Below the pieces are notes generated by a model. That model made no database searches and was not told where the DNA came from. It saw nothing but the letters and a program-made list of their open reading frames with translations. The translations under genes were made by a program, and so were the position numbers. A stretch of DNA of 64,000 bases from Octopus sinensis (taxonomy: Eukaryota). Position 1 is the stretch's first letter. Each line of letters starts with the position of its first letter. Below, piece by piece: positions 34,033 through 47,189 of this stretch. Where the stretch lies: the NCBI RefSeq assembly GCF_006345805.1, contig NC_043019.1, positions 4,401,360 through 4,465,359 on the forward strand, written 5' to 3'.

Positions 34033-34516
34033 TATATACGACAGGCTTCTTTTTTTTTATGTTGAAATTCCAGAGAAGGAGCCTTGGATCTTTTCTCTAT
34101 TGGCAAGAAATCTTGAAATAAACTGAAATGACACACATATAATATATACACACATACATGCACGCGAGTTAGTAATTAACAGAATTAACTGAAAAGAGTA
34201 ATCAAAAACTGCATTACTCGATGATAATTTCTTTTAATATCCGAGTGTCCTTTCAAGCAAATAATTCCTTTTATGAGATTATAATTTGTTCAACCATAAA
34301 GATTAACAATAATTCAAACACAAAAGTTTACTGGACCAAGGGAAGTAATCTCTCTGGGATTAAATATGGTTACTTCCCTTGTATTGTAGGCTTTACATTG
34401 CGCTTTTATTTATTTATTTATGGATATTTGAGTATATGTGTATTGTATTCTATTACGTGTTTCAGCCTTAAGGCTGTGGCCATGCTGGAGCACCGTCAGA
34501 GATATATAGGTGTGCA

Positions 34517-35120
34517 TAGGCGTCGCTATGTGGTTAGAAGCTTGCTTCCCAACCACATGGTTCCGGGTTTAGCCCCACTGCGTGGCACCTTAGGTAAGTG
34601 GGATCTTTTCGGTTTGAACGGCAGTTTTTTTTAATAATTTCCACGTAACTAAACACTTTTAAACCTCGTATACTGGTAGAATGTGTTTATAAAACATCTT
34701 TTTCTCTTGGCTTTATTGAGAAAATTCTATAGTTTGTAAGATATTTGTTGTTTTTTTTCTTCAATTTCTGCAATTTCAACCAATCAATGACGTCTATGAG
34801 GTAAAAAAAACATTCTGTGCCGTATGAATATGTCCCTCGTTTAAGAAACAGATTGGGTATATTTACTTTTGTGAAGAAAAAAAGATACTCTTCCCCTCAC
34901 CCCTAACTAACTCTAACCCTAAAACATTGAAATGCAATAGATCGATACCAGGGTCATAATTATGTGTGACAATTTCATATGACATCGCTAGAAAAAACTG
35001 CCGTTCAAACCGAAAAGATCTGGTAAGTGTCTTCTTTTATAGCCCTGGGCTCAACAAAGTCTTGTGAGTGGATTTGGTAGATGGAAACTAAAAGAAGCCC
35101 TTCGTGTGTGTGTATGTCTG
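34517..35120 (+). mobile_element. Family A SINE head interrupted by a Merlin-like MITE (34601-35021)
   Basis: 8-bp TSD GGTAAGTG at 34593-34600 and 35022-35029, inside the SINE core. Confidence 0.9.
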
Positions 35121-35334
35121 TTTCTATGCTCACCACTGTCTGACAACTGCTGCTGGTTTGTTTATGCCCCTGAAACTTAGCAGTCCAGCATTAGACACGA
35201 ATTAAATTAGACACGAATTACAAATAATATGTCTTGTGGTCGATTTCTTCGACTAAAATCAGTTAAGGTGGTGCTCCAGCATGGCCGCAGTAAAAATGAG
35301 TGAAACAAATATAAGAATAAAAGAATGTATATAC

Positions 35335-35722
35335 ACAGGAGTGGCTGTGTGGTAAGTAGCTTGCTTCCCAAACACATGGTTCCGGGTTCAGTCCCACTGC
35401 ATGGTACTTTGGGCAAGTGTCTTCTACTATAGCCTCAGGGTGACCAAAGCCTTGTGAGTGGATTTGGTAGACGGAAACTGAAAGAAGCCCGTCGTATATC
35501 TGTGTGTGTGTGTTTATGTGTTTGTGTTTGTTCCCCCAACATCGCTTGACAACCGATGCTGGTATGTTTATGTCCCCGTCACTTAGCAGTTCGGCAAAAG
35601 AGACCGATAGAATAAGTACTAGGCTTACAAAAAAATAAGTCCTGGGGTAGATTTGCTCGACTAAAGGCAGTGCTCCAGCAGGGCTACAGTTAAAATGACT
35701 GAAACAAGTAAAAGAATAAAAG
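35335..35722 (+). mobile_element. Family A SINE, full length
   Basis: Head to tail present. Confidence 0.85.
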
Positions 35723-36529
35723 AATGTATATACACATACATACACACACACGCACACAAATATACACACATGCATACATACATACGAAAGAGTTAAGTAA
35801 GGTAAAGAAAAGTTACCTCCGCGAGTCATACCAACTCATAAGGGTCAGCTTTCCGGTTTCATGGGGCATAAACTCCCCACTTGGACAGGACACAGGTCCA
35901 TCACAAGTTTATTCAATTTTGCCAGCTGAGTGGAACGGAGCAACGTGAAATGAAGTGTTTTGCTTAATAACTCAATGCAATGCCCAGCCCAGGGATCGAA
36001 ACCACAACCTTATTAACATGGGTCCAACACTCTGACCTCTAAGCTATGCATCTCCACAAAAAAGTAAAGTTACCTTCTTGAGTCATAAGGGCCAGTTTTC
36101 CGGTTTCATGGCGTATATATTCTGCACCTGGACGGGATGCCAGTCCGTCGCAGGATTACTCATTTTGTACCAGCTGAGTGGACTGGAGCAACATGAAATG
36201 AAATGTTTTGCTGAAGAACACAGCATATTGCCCAGTCCAGGAATTGAAACCACAATCTTACAATCATGAGTCCAACACCCTGACCGCTAAGCCACGCACC
36301 TTCACAAGAGAGCAATAGGTTTTATAAGGAGTGTCAAAAGCAATGAATGAGATTTGAAAATCATTTCCTGTCAATTGTCTTCTTCACATACCAGAATGCT
36401 AATGTTCATCTCTCTGGAAATGCTGCTCTGAAGATCATCCAGACCTGTGCTCCCACAAATCCTAACAAAGATAAATGAAGTGGAAGAATTCAACCAAGAG
36501 TAAGAGAAAGCACCAATAACCATCTTACA

Positions 36530-36920
36530 AACAATAACTCTGAGCACCTTTTCAAACTTCACCTGTCTAACACCCGTGGACATGTTAACAAAGTCAGTAA
36601 ACAGCACAGCTCCCATGACTTTCGGAAATATTTTTTCACTCTAAGAGTTGCTGAAGCATGGAACAAACTGCCGGCATCAGTTGTTAGTTGTCGGAGCACT
36701 GCATCCTTCAAAACTTCCATGCTTCCTGAGATTCGCCAACACTACACCTGATTTTCTCCCCTCCATACACACGCAAGCATCTATCTGACTCATACACTGT
36801 TCGCCTCCCAGACATTTGTACATTACTGCATGTGCTTTATACGCACTTTTGACAAGTTATGGTGCACCTGAGCACTGTATACAATAATTCCATCATTATT
36901 ATTATTATTATTATTATTAT
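36530..36920 (+). mobile_element. CR1 LINE 3' end with (ATT)n tail
   Basis: SEHLFKLHLSNTRGHVNKVSKQHSSHDFRKYFFTLRVAEAWNKLPASVV. Confidence 0.85.
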
Positions 36921-37299
36921 AAATCCACTTACATTGAAGTGAAGAGAGATATCAACAAAAGGTTGGAAAACGATAGCAGTGAGAGAAATACATGAGGGAA
37001 AAAATGCTTTGAATGGTACAACAATGCGCTATAATACAAACAATGGGCTATATACCTGTTGTAATTTAACCGTCCATAGTCTGATGATATTTCGGAATAA
37101 ATAATCCAGTAACTCCATCAATTCCTAGGGATATCTGAGGGTGGAATTTTATTCTGAAATATCATATCAGACAATGGATGACTAAATTACAACAGCTATA
37201 TAGTCCATTGTCTGTATTATAATGCTCTGTTGTGTCATTCAAAACTTTTTATTCTTTATAATCAATACACAATGCTTCAAGCAAACTACAATGCTCTTG

Positions 37300-37560
37300 T
37301 ATGTGGGAAAGTTTAGATCAGGAGAAAAAAATGAAAGAGGAGAAAGTTTGGTCAACCATAGCAGAAAGGAGAACACTCTACACTGGAAACAGCCTAATCA
37401 GGAAGCAGTCTGAAAGGAGATGGACTTGGGTAGCCCCAAATGCCCACTACAAAAATGAAATTGACAATATCTTGGTCAACAAAAAAGCACATTTTGTAGG
37501 TTGTCTTGGTGATAGCACCATTCAACACCAGCAGTAACCATCATTTGCTTTCGGTGAAGA
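37300..37560 (+). mobile_element. Decayed RTE AP-endonuclease fragment
   Basis: GEKNERGESLVN..RKQSERRWTWVAPNAHYKNEIDNILVNK. Confidence 0.75.
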
Positions 37561-38044
37561 TTATGATCATTGAAGTCAGTGAAAAGAAGGCTCAACATAT
37601 CTCAATGAAGAATCAATGTGCCAAGGCCTTCCATGTAATACATGAGCAGGATGCTGTCAAGAGAGTAGAGATAGTTTATGTTACCCAGGTGACCTAATTA
37701 GCAGTGGAAGAAGATATTCTGAAAGTGTAGTCATTAGAATAAGAATAGGATGGTGTTAGCGGTGTTATGGGGTGTGATTGAGCTATGTGGTGTTGGTGGA
37801 GGGGATTGCAGATGAGGTGGACAGAAGTAAGGCTTGCAGGGGCCAGTGAGACAGGCAGAGGGCATGTGTGGGCAGGAAGGACATGTGGTCAGTTCGAGCA
37901 GAGACGGCAGCAAGACAAGACGTGTTTAATTCATGAGAGTGACCGCTGATTTCGCCGAGGTCAACAGGTAAGGCCCTTTTGCATTTCTTTCTCCCGTTTG
38001 TTTCTTTTTCTCTTGTCCTTTTTCTTCCATCACACAACAAATAG

Positions 38045-38350
38045 GATGGAAAAAATTGGCAGATTGTATGGTGTTTGTATATGCACTATGTTCCTTTGTG
38101 ATGAAACGTGGACCCAGGTTGCAGAGGATGCGCAAAGACTAGAGAGGAATGAAGCTAGTATGTTTTGCTGGATGTGTGATGTTAGTGCACATGTACGACA
38201 AAGTGCAAAGTTAATGAGAGAAAAGTTAGGCATAAGAGGAATTAGATGTAGTGAGCAAGAGGGAAGATTGTGCTGGTTTGGTTATGTGATGTGTATGGAT
38301 GAGAAGAGCCGTATAAAGAAGTGCCTGTCGCTTAAAGTGGACGGAACCCT
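38045..38350 (+). mobile_element. Diverged RTE ORF2 C-terminal fragment
   Basis: GRLYGVCI..DETW..LERNEASMFCWMCDVS..REKLGIRGIRC. Confidence 0.8.
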
Positions 38351-38509
38351 AGGGAGTCTCTAGGATATTTGAGAAAATCAATTTCCTGTGTGATGCCAGA
38401 CTTTAGAGTACCTGTGCATCTTCTCTGCTACTTCTCTGTCAGCCTTCCTGCAATTTCACTGCACTGGTTGAGTGTCATAGCTTCCACTGGGTACACTGTA
38501 TGAAATTTC

Positions 38510-39310
38510 TTATTTCTTTATTGCCCACAAGGGGCTAAACATAGAAGGGACAAACAAGGATAGACAAACGGATTAAGCCGATTACATCTACCCCAGTGCG
38601 TAACTGGTACTTATTTAATCGACCCCGAAAGGATGAAAGGCAAAGTCGACCTCGGTGGAATTTGAACTCAGAACGTAACGGCAGACGAAATACCTATTTC
38701 TTTACTACCCACAAGGGGCTAAACACAGAGAGGACAAACAAGGACAGACAAACGGATTAAGTCGATTACATCGACCCCAGTGCATAACTGGTACTTATTT
38801 AATCGACCCCGAAAGGATGAAAGCGAAAACACCTAAGCTCCAGCAGAAGGTAATGATGAAACTTCTGCTGACTCTTTCGCCACAACTTTCTCTCACTCTT
38901 TCCTCCTGCATTTTGTAGCTCACCTGTGACGGACCGGCGTCCCGTCCAGGTGGGGAACCTATACGCCAAGGAAACCGGGAAACCGGCCCTTATGAGCCAG
39001 GTATGGCTCGAGAAGGAACAAACAAACAACAGTGGACATGCAGTTGAGGGATCGCGGGTTCAAATCTCAGACCGGGCGATGTGTGTGTTTATGAGTGAAA
39101 CATCTAAGCTCCACGCGGCTCCGGCAGAAGGTAATGGCGAATCTTCTGCTGACTCTTTCGCCACAACTTTCTCTCACTCTTTCTTCTTGCATCTTGAAGC
39201 TCACCTTCGACGGACCGGCGTCCCGTCCAGGTGGGGAACCTATACGCCAAGGAAACCGGGAAACCGGTCCTTATGAGCCAGGCATGGCTCGAGAAGGAAC
39301 AATCAACAAA
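38510..39310. mobile_element. Nin-type SINE dimer (-, 38510-38820) followed by family R SINE copies (+, 38820-39310)
   Basis: Junction motif at 38693/38694, and two GGAAACCGGGAAACCGG tails. Confidence 0.8.
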
Positions 39311-39379
39311 CAAAGCAAACATGGCATGTACAGCCTTCAGAAGCCATTCCTGGCTCCCTCAAAGATCACCATTTCACAG

Positions 39380-39540
39380 AACAAATGACTCTGTCCAAGA
39401 CTCTCTCCAGGTCAACAAATGCTAAGTATAATGGTTTACTCTCGGCTAAATACTTCTCCTGCAGTTGTCTGACTAAGAAGACACCATTAGTAGACTTCTC
39501 CCTGACACAAAACCAAACTGCATGTCATCAATACCAATCC
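39380..39540 (-). mobile_element. RTE reverse-transcriptase fragment
   Basis: IDDMQFGFVSGR..VFLVRQLQEKYLAESKPLYLAFVDLERVLDRV. Confidence 0.8.
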
Positions 39541-39939
39541 TGTTTCTATTTAATTAATTGCGCTATAACACACACTGTAACTGTCATGGTTCAGCAATCT
39601 GATACCTCTGAAATTACATCTATTTAAGGCATCAAATATATATATATATGCATATGTGTATATACACATACATATACATAGACGCACACGTTTCTCTTTT
39701 TCTTTTTTTCTGTTTTTTTTTAATTGGCTATATATATATATATATATATATATAATTCGGTCGACTAAAAGGCGGTGCTCCAGCATGGCCGCAGTCAAAT
39801 GACTGAAACAAGTAAAAGAGTAGAATAGAATATGTATATAAGGCGGTGCTCAGCATGGCCGCAGTCAAATGACTGAAACAAGTAGAAGAGTAGAAGAGAA
39901 TATATATATATATATATATAATATATATATTATAATATA

Positions 39940-40321
39940 CACTTGCGTCAGAAATTAATTAGCACTTCTCTCAAATTTCTACATTAATAGTTAAATCAAT
40001 TAACCTATGAGCTGTTCAAAACGTCTTACGCGATGAGAAAACTTAGTATGGTGTGATTTCGGTCCTTGCGAGGCGCTACCTATATCTATTCACAACAAGG
40101 AGATTTGTCTGCATCCGCACTCCAAGTTGTTGTTGCACTGCTATGTCAACATCATAAGGCTGTAGACTCTCTCAAACTGCTCTGCAAACAAAGTTACGTC
40201 ATCGTTCTGCGCCACAGTGAACTCGCAACAAAGCAATAGTTCGAGATATGGCCACTAGGTGACAGCACATACCTTGAGTGAAGAGCAAATCAAGGGTGCT
40301 AATTAATTTCTGACGGTAGTG
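39940..40321. mobile_element. Tc1/mariner-type MITE (382 bp)
   Basis: TA flanks. TIRs CACTTGCGTCAGAAATTAATTAGCAC / GTGCTAATTAATTTCTGACGGTAGTG. Confidence 0.85.
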
Positions 40322-40334
40322 TATATATATATAT

Positions 40335-40738
40335 TCTCTTCTACGATTTTACTTGTTTCAGTCATTTGACTGTGGCCATGCTGGAGCACCGCCTTTTAGT
40401 CGATCGAACAAATTGACCCCCGGACTTATTGTTTGTAAGCCCAGTACTTATTCTATCGGTCTATTTTGCCGAACCGCTAAGTTACAGGGACGTAAACACA
40501 CTATCGGTTGTCAAGCGATGTTGGGGGGACAAACACAGACACACAAACATATACACACATATACACATATATACAACGGGCTTCTTTCAGTTTCCGTCTA
40601 CCAAATTCACTCGCAAGGCTTTGGTTGGCCCGAGGCTATAGTAGAAGACACTTGCCCAAGGTGCCACGCAGTGGGACTGAACCTGGAACCATGTGGTTGG
40701 TAAGCAAGCTACTTACAACACAGCCACTCCTACGCCTA
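40335..40738 (-). mobile_element. Family A SINE, full length
   Basis: Head and tail present. Confidence 0.85.
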
Positions 40739-41007
40739 TATATAGGCTACGCTAGATTGACCACCTAACAGGCATTATAAAACCGAGCATTTCACAAAAT
40801 GACTCCGTTGTGTATTATAAATGAATTTCTTGTGTTTGACGGCATGAGCTGTCTCTTTTTATATATAACTTTTTTTGATAAGGTTCATTTCAGGAACTGA
40901 AACATGTTATAATGTATATATAAAAATTAAAAATTGTATAATACAGCAGCATTTTCGAACTTCATTTTTTACAAATATATACCTACTCGTATACGAGCTA
41001 ATCCTAT

Positions 41008-41038
<31 letters not shown>

Positions 41039-41440
41039 TATACATATAGTAGAAATAATTGATACAGAAAATAGAATATACTGGAAACTTTATTTATCAT
41101 AACAACCATTTTGGCGGCACATTCTGCACTGCTTCCTAGAGGGTGGGGAGCGATTTAATGAGTTCTAATGGAATCTGCATTGCAGAAATGACATGGCAAA
41201 GTAACACCAAATATACAATGCATGTGTTTTTATTGGCTAAACTGGCAACATGACCACCCCCAAATAATACAACAATATTTTGTATGGTTTTTATTTTTAA
41301 TGGAGTGGGGAAGGGTAAATAGTTATGGTTGTGGGGAGAAAGATATAGCACAGAAAAAATCCTGGTTAGCCAGCTTGGATTTGTTATATGTACACACCTC
41401 ATACATATACATATATATATATTACTCTATATATATAATA

Positions 41441-41480
<40 letters not shown>

Positions 41481-41547
41481 CTGTTGTGTGTGTGTATATG
41501 TATGTATATATCTATATATCTATGTATATGTATATGTGTGTATATAT

Positions 41548-42730
41548 ATCATCATCGTTTAACGTCCGTTTTCCATGCGAGCATGGATTGGACGATTTTG
41601 ACTGAGGGCTGGCGAACCAGATGGCTGCACCAGGTTCCAATCTTGATCTGGCAGAGTTTCTACAGCTGGATGCCCTTCCTAACGCCAACCACTCCGATAG
41701 TGTAGTGGGTGCTTTTTACGTGCCACCTGCACGGGGGCCACTAAGGCTTTACTGGCAATGACCTCGCTCAAATCTTTTTACACGTGCCACCGACACAGGT
41801 ACCAGTGAAGCGACGTTGGTAACGATCACGCTCAAATGGTGCCCTTTTACGTGCCACGGGTACGGAAGCCAGTTGACTGCTCTGTCAACGATCACAACAA
41901 TCACGCTCAGATGGTGTTCTTGGCACCCTACTAGCACAGTCATAAGTGCCAGTAAGGCAACGCTGGTAACGATCATACTCGAATAGCCACTCTGTCAACG
42001 ATCACACTCATATGGTGCTCTTTGCACCCCGTTAGCACGGATGCCAGTCATCGAAATGATTTTGATTTTGATTTGATTTTGATTTTGATTTCACTTGCTA
42101 CAACAGGTCTTTGCAAGCAAAGTTTAGTGACAAAAGAAGGAAAAGCTATGCATAAGTGGGCTTGTTATGCTCCTGGCATAGGCCACGGGTTATGGTTTCA
42201 TCTGGCTTGCCGGGTCTTCTCGAGCACAACATATTTCCAAAGGTCTCGGTCGCTAGTCATTTCCTTGGTGAGGCCTAATGTTCAAAGGTCATGCTTCACC
42301 ACTTCATCCCAGGTCTTCATGGGTCTACCTCTTCCTCAGGTTCCCTCAACGGCTAGGGTGTGGCGCTTTTTCACACACCTATCCTCATCCATTCTCGCCA
42401 CATGACCATACCAGTGCAGTCGTCTCTCTTGCACACCACATCTAATGCTTCTTAGGTCCAACTTTTCTCTCAAGGTACTTACACTCTGTTGAGTATGAAC
42501 ACTGACATTACACATCCATCGGAGCATACTGGCTTCATTCCTTGTGAGCTTAGGCATGTCCTCAGCAGTCACAGCCCATGTTTCACTGCCGTGTAGCATG
42601 TCTGTTCGTACACATGCATCATACAGTCTACCTTTTACTCTGAGAGAGAGGCCCTTTGTCACCAGCAGAGGTAAGAGCTCTCTGAACTTTGCCCAAGCTA
42701 TTCTTATTCTAGCAGCTACACTTTCAGTGC
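41548..42730 (-). mobile_element. 5'-truncated RTE LINE (ORF2 C-terminus, 3' UTR VNTR, (GAT)n tail)
   Basis: ARIRIAWAKFRELLPLL..LHGSETWAVTAEDM..QERRLHWYGHVARM..GRGRP. Confidence 0.92.
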
Positions 42731-42825
42731 ATATATATATATATAAAAGAAGGCTGGAGTATACAACAGCCAAAACATAATGAAAGCAACAATAAAGATG
42801 AGGACATCAGTCCAACTAATATACA

Positions 42826-42991
42826 CAGGAGTGGCTGTATGGTAAGTAGCTTGCTTACCAACCACATGGTTCCGGGTTCAATCCCAGTGTGGCACCTTGG
42901 GCAAGTGTCTTCTACTATAGCCTCGGGCCGACCAAAGCCTTGTGAGTGGATTTGGTAGATGGAAACAGAAAGAAACCCATCGTATATATGT

Positions 42992-43044
<53 letters not shown>

Positions 43045-43275
43045 TATGTGGTGTATATGTTTGTGTGTCTGTGTTTGTCCCCCCACCCAACATCACTTGA
43101 CAACCGATGCTGGTGTGTTTACGTCCCCGTCACTTAGCGGTTCAGCAAAAGAGACCGATAGAATAAGTAGCCAGGCTTACAAAGAATAAGTCTTGGGGTC
43201 GATTTGCTCGACAAAAGGCGGTGCTCCAGCATGGCCACAATCAAATGACTGAAACAATTAAAAGAGTAAAAGAGA
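42826..43275 (+). mobile_element. Family A SINE, full length
   Basis: Head to (AAAAGAGT)n tail. Confidence 0.85.
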
Positions 43276-43479
43276 GTATACATAATATTTTTGCATGTAT
43301 TTTACATTTATATCCATCCATTCCTCTCCATCTTCTCTGCCAACTATTCTTGAGATGGCTATGGTGGGTAGGGTCCACCATGGGGTCATATCAGCAAGCA
43401 ACTGTCATTAGACTTTCCAGCAGGGTTCTCAAGTATGATCATCCCTGACTATGGATATTATCCAGCCATCTCCATCTTA

Positions 43480-43900
43480 TTTCTTTACTACCCACAAGGG
43501 GCTACACACAGAGGGGATAAAACAAGGGCAGACAAAGGGATTAAGTCGATTATATCGATCCCAGTGCGTAACTGGTACTTATTTAATCGACCCCAAAAGG
43601 ATGAAAGGCAAAGTCGACCTCGGCAGAATTTGAACACAGAACATAACGGCAGATGAAATACCTATTTCTTTACTACCCACAAGGGGCTAAACACAGAGGG
43701 GACAAACAAGGGCAGACAAAGGGATTAAGTCGATTACATCGTCACCAGTGCGTAACTGGTACTTATTTAATCGACCCCGAAAGGATGAAAGGCAAAGTCG
43801 ATCTCGGCGGAATTTGATCTCAGAACATAACGGCAGATGAAATACCTATTTCTTTACTGCTCACAAGGGACTACACACAGAGGGGACAAACAAGGGCAGA
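43480..43900 (-). mobile_element. Nin-type SINE tandem (2 units plus a partial)
   Basis: Junctions at 43661/43662 and 43845/43846. Confidence 0.85.
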
Positions 43901-44365
43901 TAAATGTCTTGTTTTCATAAATTTTTAATTAAAATCTTCCACCAAACCTTAGTCACAATTTATGTTCCTAACACTAGATTAATGATAACTAAGTTATTTT
44001 TTCTAAATTCTTTGTTATAATAATTGAAATAATTTTAAAATAATTGAAAGAAACACAGAGCATCTCAAAATAAATACAGTAACAAAAGGGTTAAGGCAGC
44101 GAACTGGCAGGAATGTTAGCACGCTGGGCAAAATGCTTAGCGGTATTTCATCTGTCTTTATGTTCTGAGTTCAAATTCCGCCAAGGTCGACTTTGCCTTT
44201 CATCCTTTCAGGGTCGATAAATTAAGTACCAGTTTCGCACTGGGGGTGATGTAATCGACTCAATCCGTTTGTCTGTCTTTGTTTGTCCCCTCTGTGTTTA
44301 GCCCCTTGTGGGTAATAAAGAAACAAATAACTGAGTTGTTTTACTAAATTCTTTATTATATTTAA

Positions 44366-44584
44366 CCCTTTAGTATTTAAACCGACCATATCCGGCCAAA
44401 ATAGCTAATCTGTTTTATGTTCAAACTGACCAGATCTAGGCCCTCACACCTACCCCACAATGTTATTCTACATTAAGTAATTACACCATCAAGATCTTGA
44501 AGATATGAGATAACGCATGATTGATTCAAATCAATGGGAATCAATAGGCATTATGTTTGATAGAATAATCTGAACACTAAAGGG
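44366..44584. mobile_element. piggyBac-like MITE nested at a TTAA inside a related MITE (about 44325-44646)
   Basis: TTAA|CCCTTTAG..CTAAAGGG|TTAA. The host element matches the right part of 11991-12546. Confidence 0.85.
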
Positions 44585-44850
44585 TTAAAATTAATTGAAA
44601 GAAACACAGAGCATCTCAAAATTAATACAGTAACGAACGGGTTAATTATACAACTATACACTGTAAGATCCTCTTTCGTTTTTCTGTGACTACATTTATT
44701 GAGAAAAATAGGCCAAGCTTTATGGCTAATAACACAATTTTGTTGTTCTGTGTTGTTCTGTGTATCAAATCTAACAGATATATAAGATATATATCCTGTT
44801 TATGTATAAATTGCAGTGATATTGCTATCTAGTGAACTCTGGGTACAAAA

Positions 44851-44914
44851 TTTGTGTGTGTGTGCATGTGTGCATGTGTGTGTGTGTTTGTGTGTGTGAG
44901 TATGTGTGTGTGTG

Positions 44915-44955
<41 letters not shown>

Positions 44956-45546
44956 TGTGCATGTGTGTGTGTGTGTGTTTGTGTGTGTGAGTATGTGTGT
45001 GTGTGCATGTGTGTGTGTGTGTGTGTGTGCATGTGTGCATGTGTGTGTGTGTGCATGTGTGTGTGTGTGTATGTGTGTGTGTTTCTGTGTGAGTATTATG
45101 TTTCTGTATGCGTGTGTGTTTGTGTGTGTGTGTGAGTGTATGTGTATGTTGGTGTGTATGTGCGTTTGTGTGTGTGTGTGTGTGTGTGTGTGCATGTTTG
45201 TGTGTGTGTGTGTGTGTTTCTGTGTGTATGTGTGTGTTCATGTATGTGTGTTTGTTTGTTTGTGTGTGTGTATGTGTGTTTGTCTGCGTATTTGTATGTT
45301 TGTGAGTGTGTGTCTGCGTGTATGTATATGTGTGTGCATATGTGTGTTTGGGTGTGTGTGTGCATGCATATGTGTATTTGTGTGTGAGTGTGTGTCTTTG
45401 TATGTGTGTGTGTTTGTGTATATTTGTCTATGTGTGTGAGTGTGTGTGCATTTGTGTGTATGTTTTTGTGTGCATGTGTGTGTGTGTATGTGTGCTTGTG
45501 TGTATGAGTGTGATTGTGTGTGTATGAGCGTTTGTGTGTGTGTGTG
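44851..45546. repeat. ~700-bp degenerate (TG)n microsatellite
   Basis: Direct inspection. Confidence 0.95.
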
Positions 45547-45680
45547 GAACACAGGGATGGATGTGTGGTGAGGAGTTTGCTCCCTAATCACATGGTTCCA
45601 GATGAAGTCCCATAGCATGGTCCCTTGGGTAAGTGTCTTCTGGCTATAGCCCTAGTCCTACCACTAAGAAGGAATGTTCT

Positions 45681-45730
<50 letters not shown>

Positions 45731-45754
45731 TCTGCTAGGAATAAGGATTTTTAT

Positions 45755-46150
45755 AGGCGTAGGAGTGGCTGTGTGGTAAGTAGATTGCTTACCAACCACA
45801 TGGTTCCGGGTTCATCCCCACTGCGTGGCACCTTGAGCAAGTGTCTTCCGCTATAACCTCTGGCCGACCAAAGCCTTGTGAGTGGATTTGTTAGACGAAA
45901 ACTGAAAGAAGCCCATCATATATATGTGTGTGTGTATATTTGTGTGTCTGTATTTGTCCCCCCAACGTCGCTTAACAACTGATGCTGGTGTGTTTACGTC
46001 CCCATAACTTAGCGGTTCAGCAAAAAGAGACCTATAGAATAAGTACTAGGCTTACAAAGAATTTGTCCCGGGGTTGAGTTGCTCAACTAAAAGGCAGTGC
46101 TCCAGCATGGCCACAGTCAAATGACTAAACAAGTAAAAGAGTAAAAGAGT
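45755..46150 (+). mobile_element. Family A SINE, full length
   Basis: Head to tail present. Confidence 0.85.
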
Positions 46151-46533
46151 ATATAAATATAGATATATAGATAGATATACATATATATATATACATAAAC
46201 ACACACACACACACACACATATATCTTTTACTAATTGACTTGTTTTAGTCACTGGAATGCAGCCATGTTGGGACATCACCTTGAAGGGTTCTAGTTATAA
46301 AAATCGACCCCAGGACTTATTTTTTAAAAGCCTAGAATTTATTCTATCAGTGTCTTTTGTTGAACCACTAGATCATCATCATCATCATCATCATCGTTTA
46401 ACGTCCATTTTCCGCGCTTGCACGGATTGGACGGTTCGACCAGGGTCATGGGGACATAAGCACAACATCACCAGTTGTCAAGCAGTGGTGAAGGGACAAA
46501 CACAGACACAAAGACACACGCACATTGGCATAT

Positions 46534-46574
<41 letters not shown>

Positions 46575-46714
46575 CACACACAACAGGCCTCTTTCAGTTT
46601 CCATGTACCAAATCCATTCACAAGGTTATTAGTAGAACACACTTGCCAAGGTACCACACAGTGGGACTGAACCTTGAACCATGTGAGTGGGAAACATGCT
46701 TCTTACCATGTTCA

Positions 46715-47072
46715 TAGGCAAGGATGTAAGGCCTTCAAGAAGCCCCAGTTTCAACCCATTGGATGTTTCTGCTTCATCCATTCTGGAAATAAGGATTTTG
46801 AGCACTCCTCATGCTTCGCTCGATGTTCTGAAGACAAAACTGTGCCAGGAATGGGCTTCGATTCCACAAAAACAGCTGTGTGCCACACATGAAGCAGTCG
46901 CACCTAGACTTAAGGCTGTGATTCCAAACGAAGGTGGTCATATTGAATAAATGTAGGGTCATAATTGTGTTTCCTTTACCACTGCATTGCAACACTTGGA
47001 CCCGAAATATAACAATATTTTGCTTTGGCAAAATAGAAAAAGGTTGGTTGCCTTAATTTTTGGGACACATTT
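46715..47072 (+). mobile_element. Tc1/mariner transposase C-terminal remnant and right end
   Basis: RPSRSPSFNPLD..LKTKLCQEWASIPQ..RLKAVIPNEGGHIE*, then a TTTTTGGGACAC TIR-like end. Confidence 0.75.
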
Positions 47073-47189
47073 TATATATTATTTTGTAAAGCTTAAACAG
47101 GTAGATAGCACTCAATCAGCTAGGACAGGAAAGATAATGTAAAGATATGAAAACCACAAATCTGGGTAAACCACAAATGATGGATAAAG

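Noticed and set aside
36371-36616. 81-aa minus-strand ORF
   Set aside because: Partly antisense to a CR1 ORF2 remnant, with no splice or homology support.
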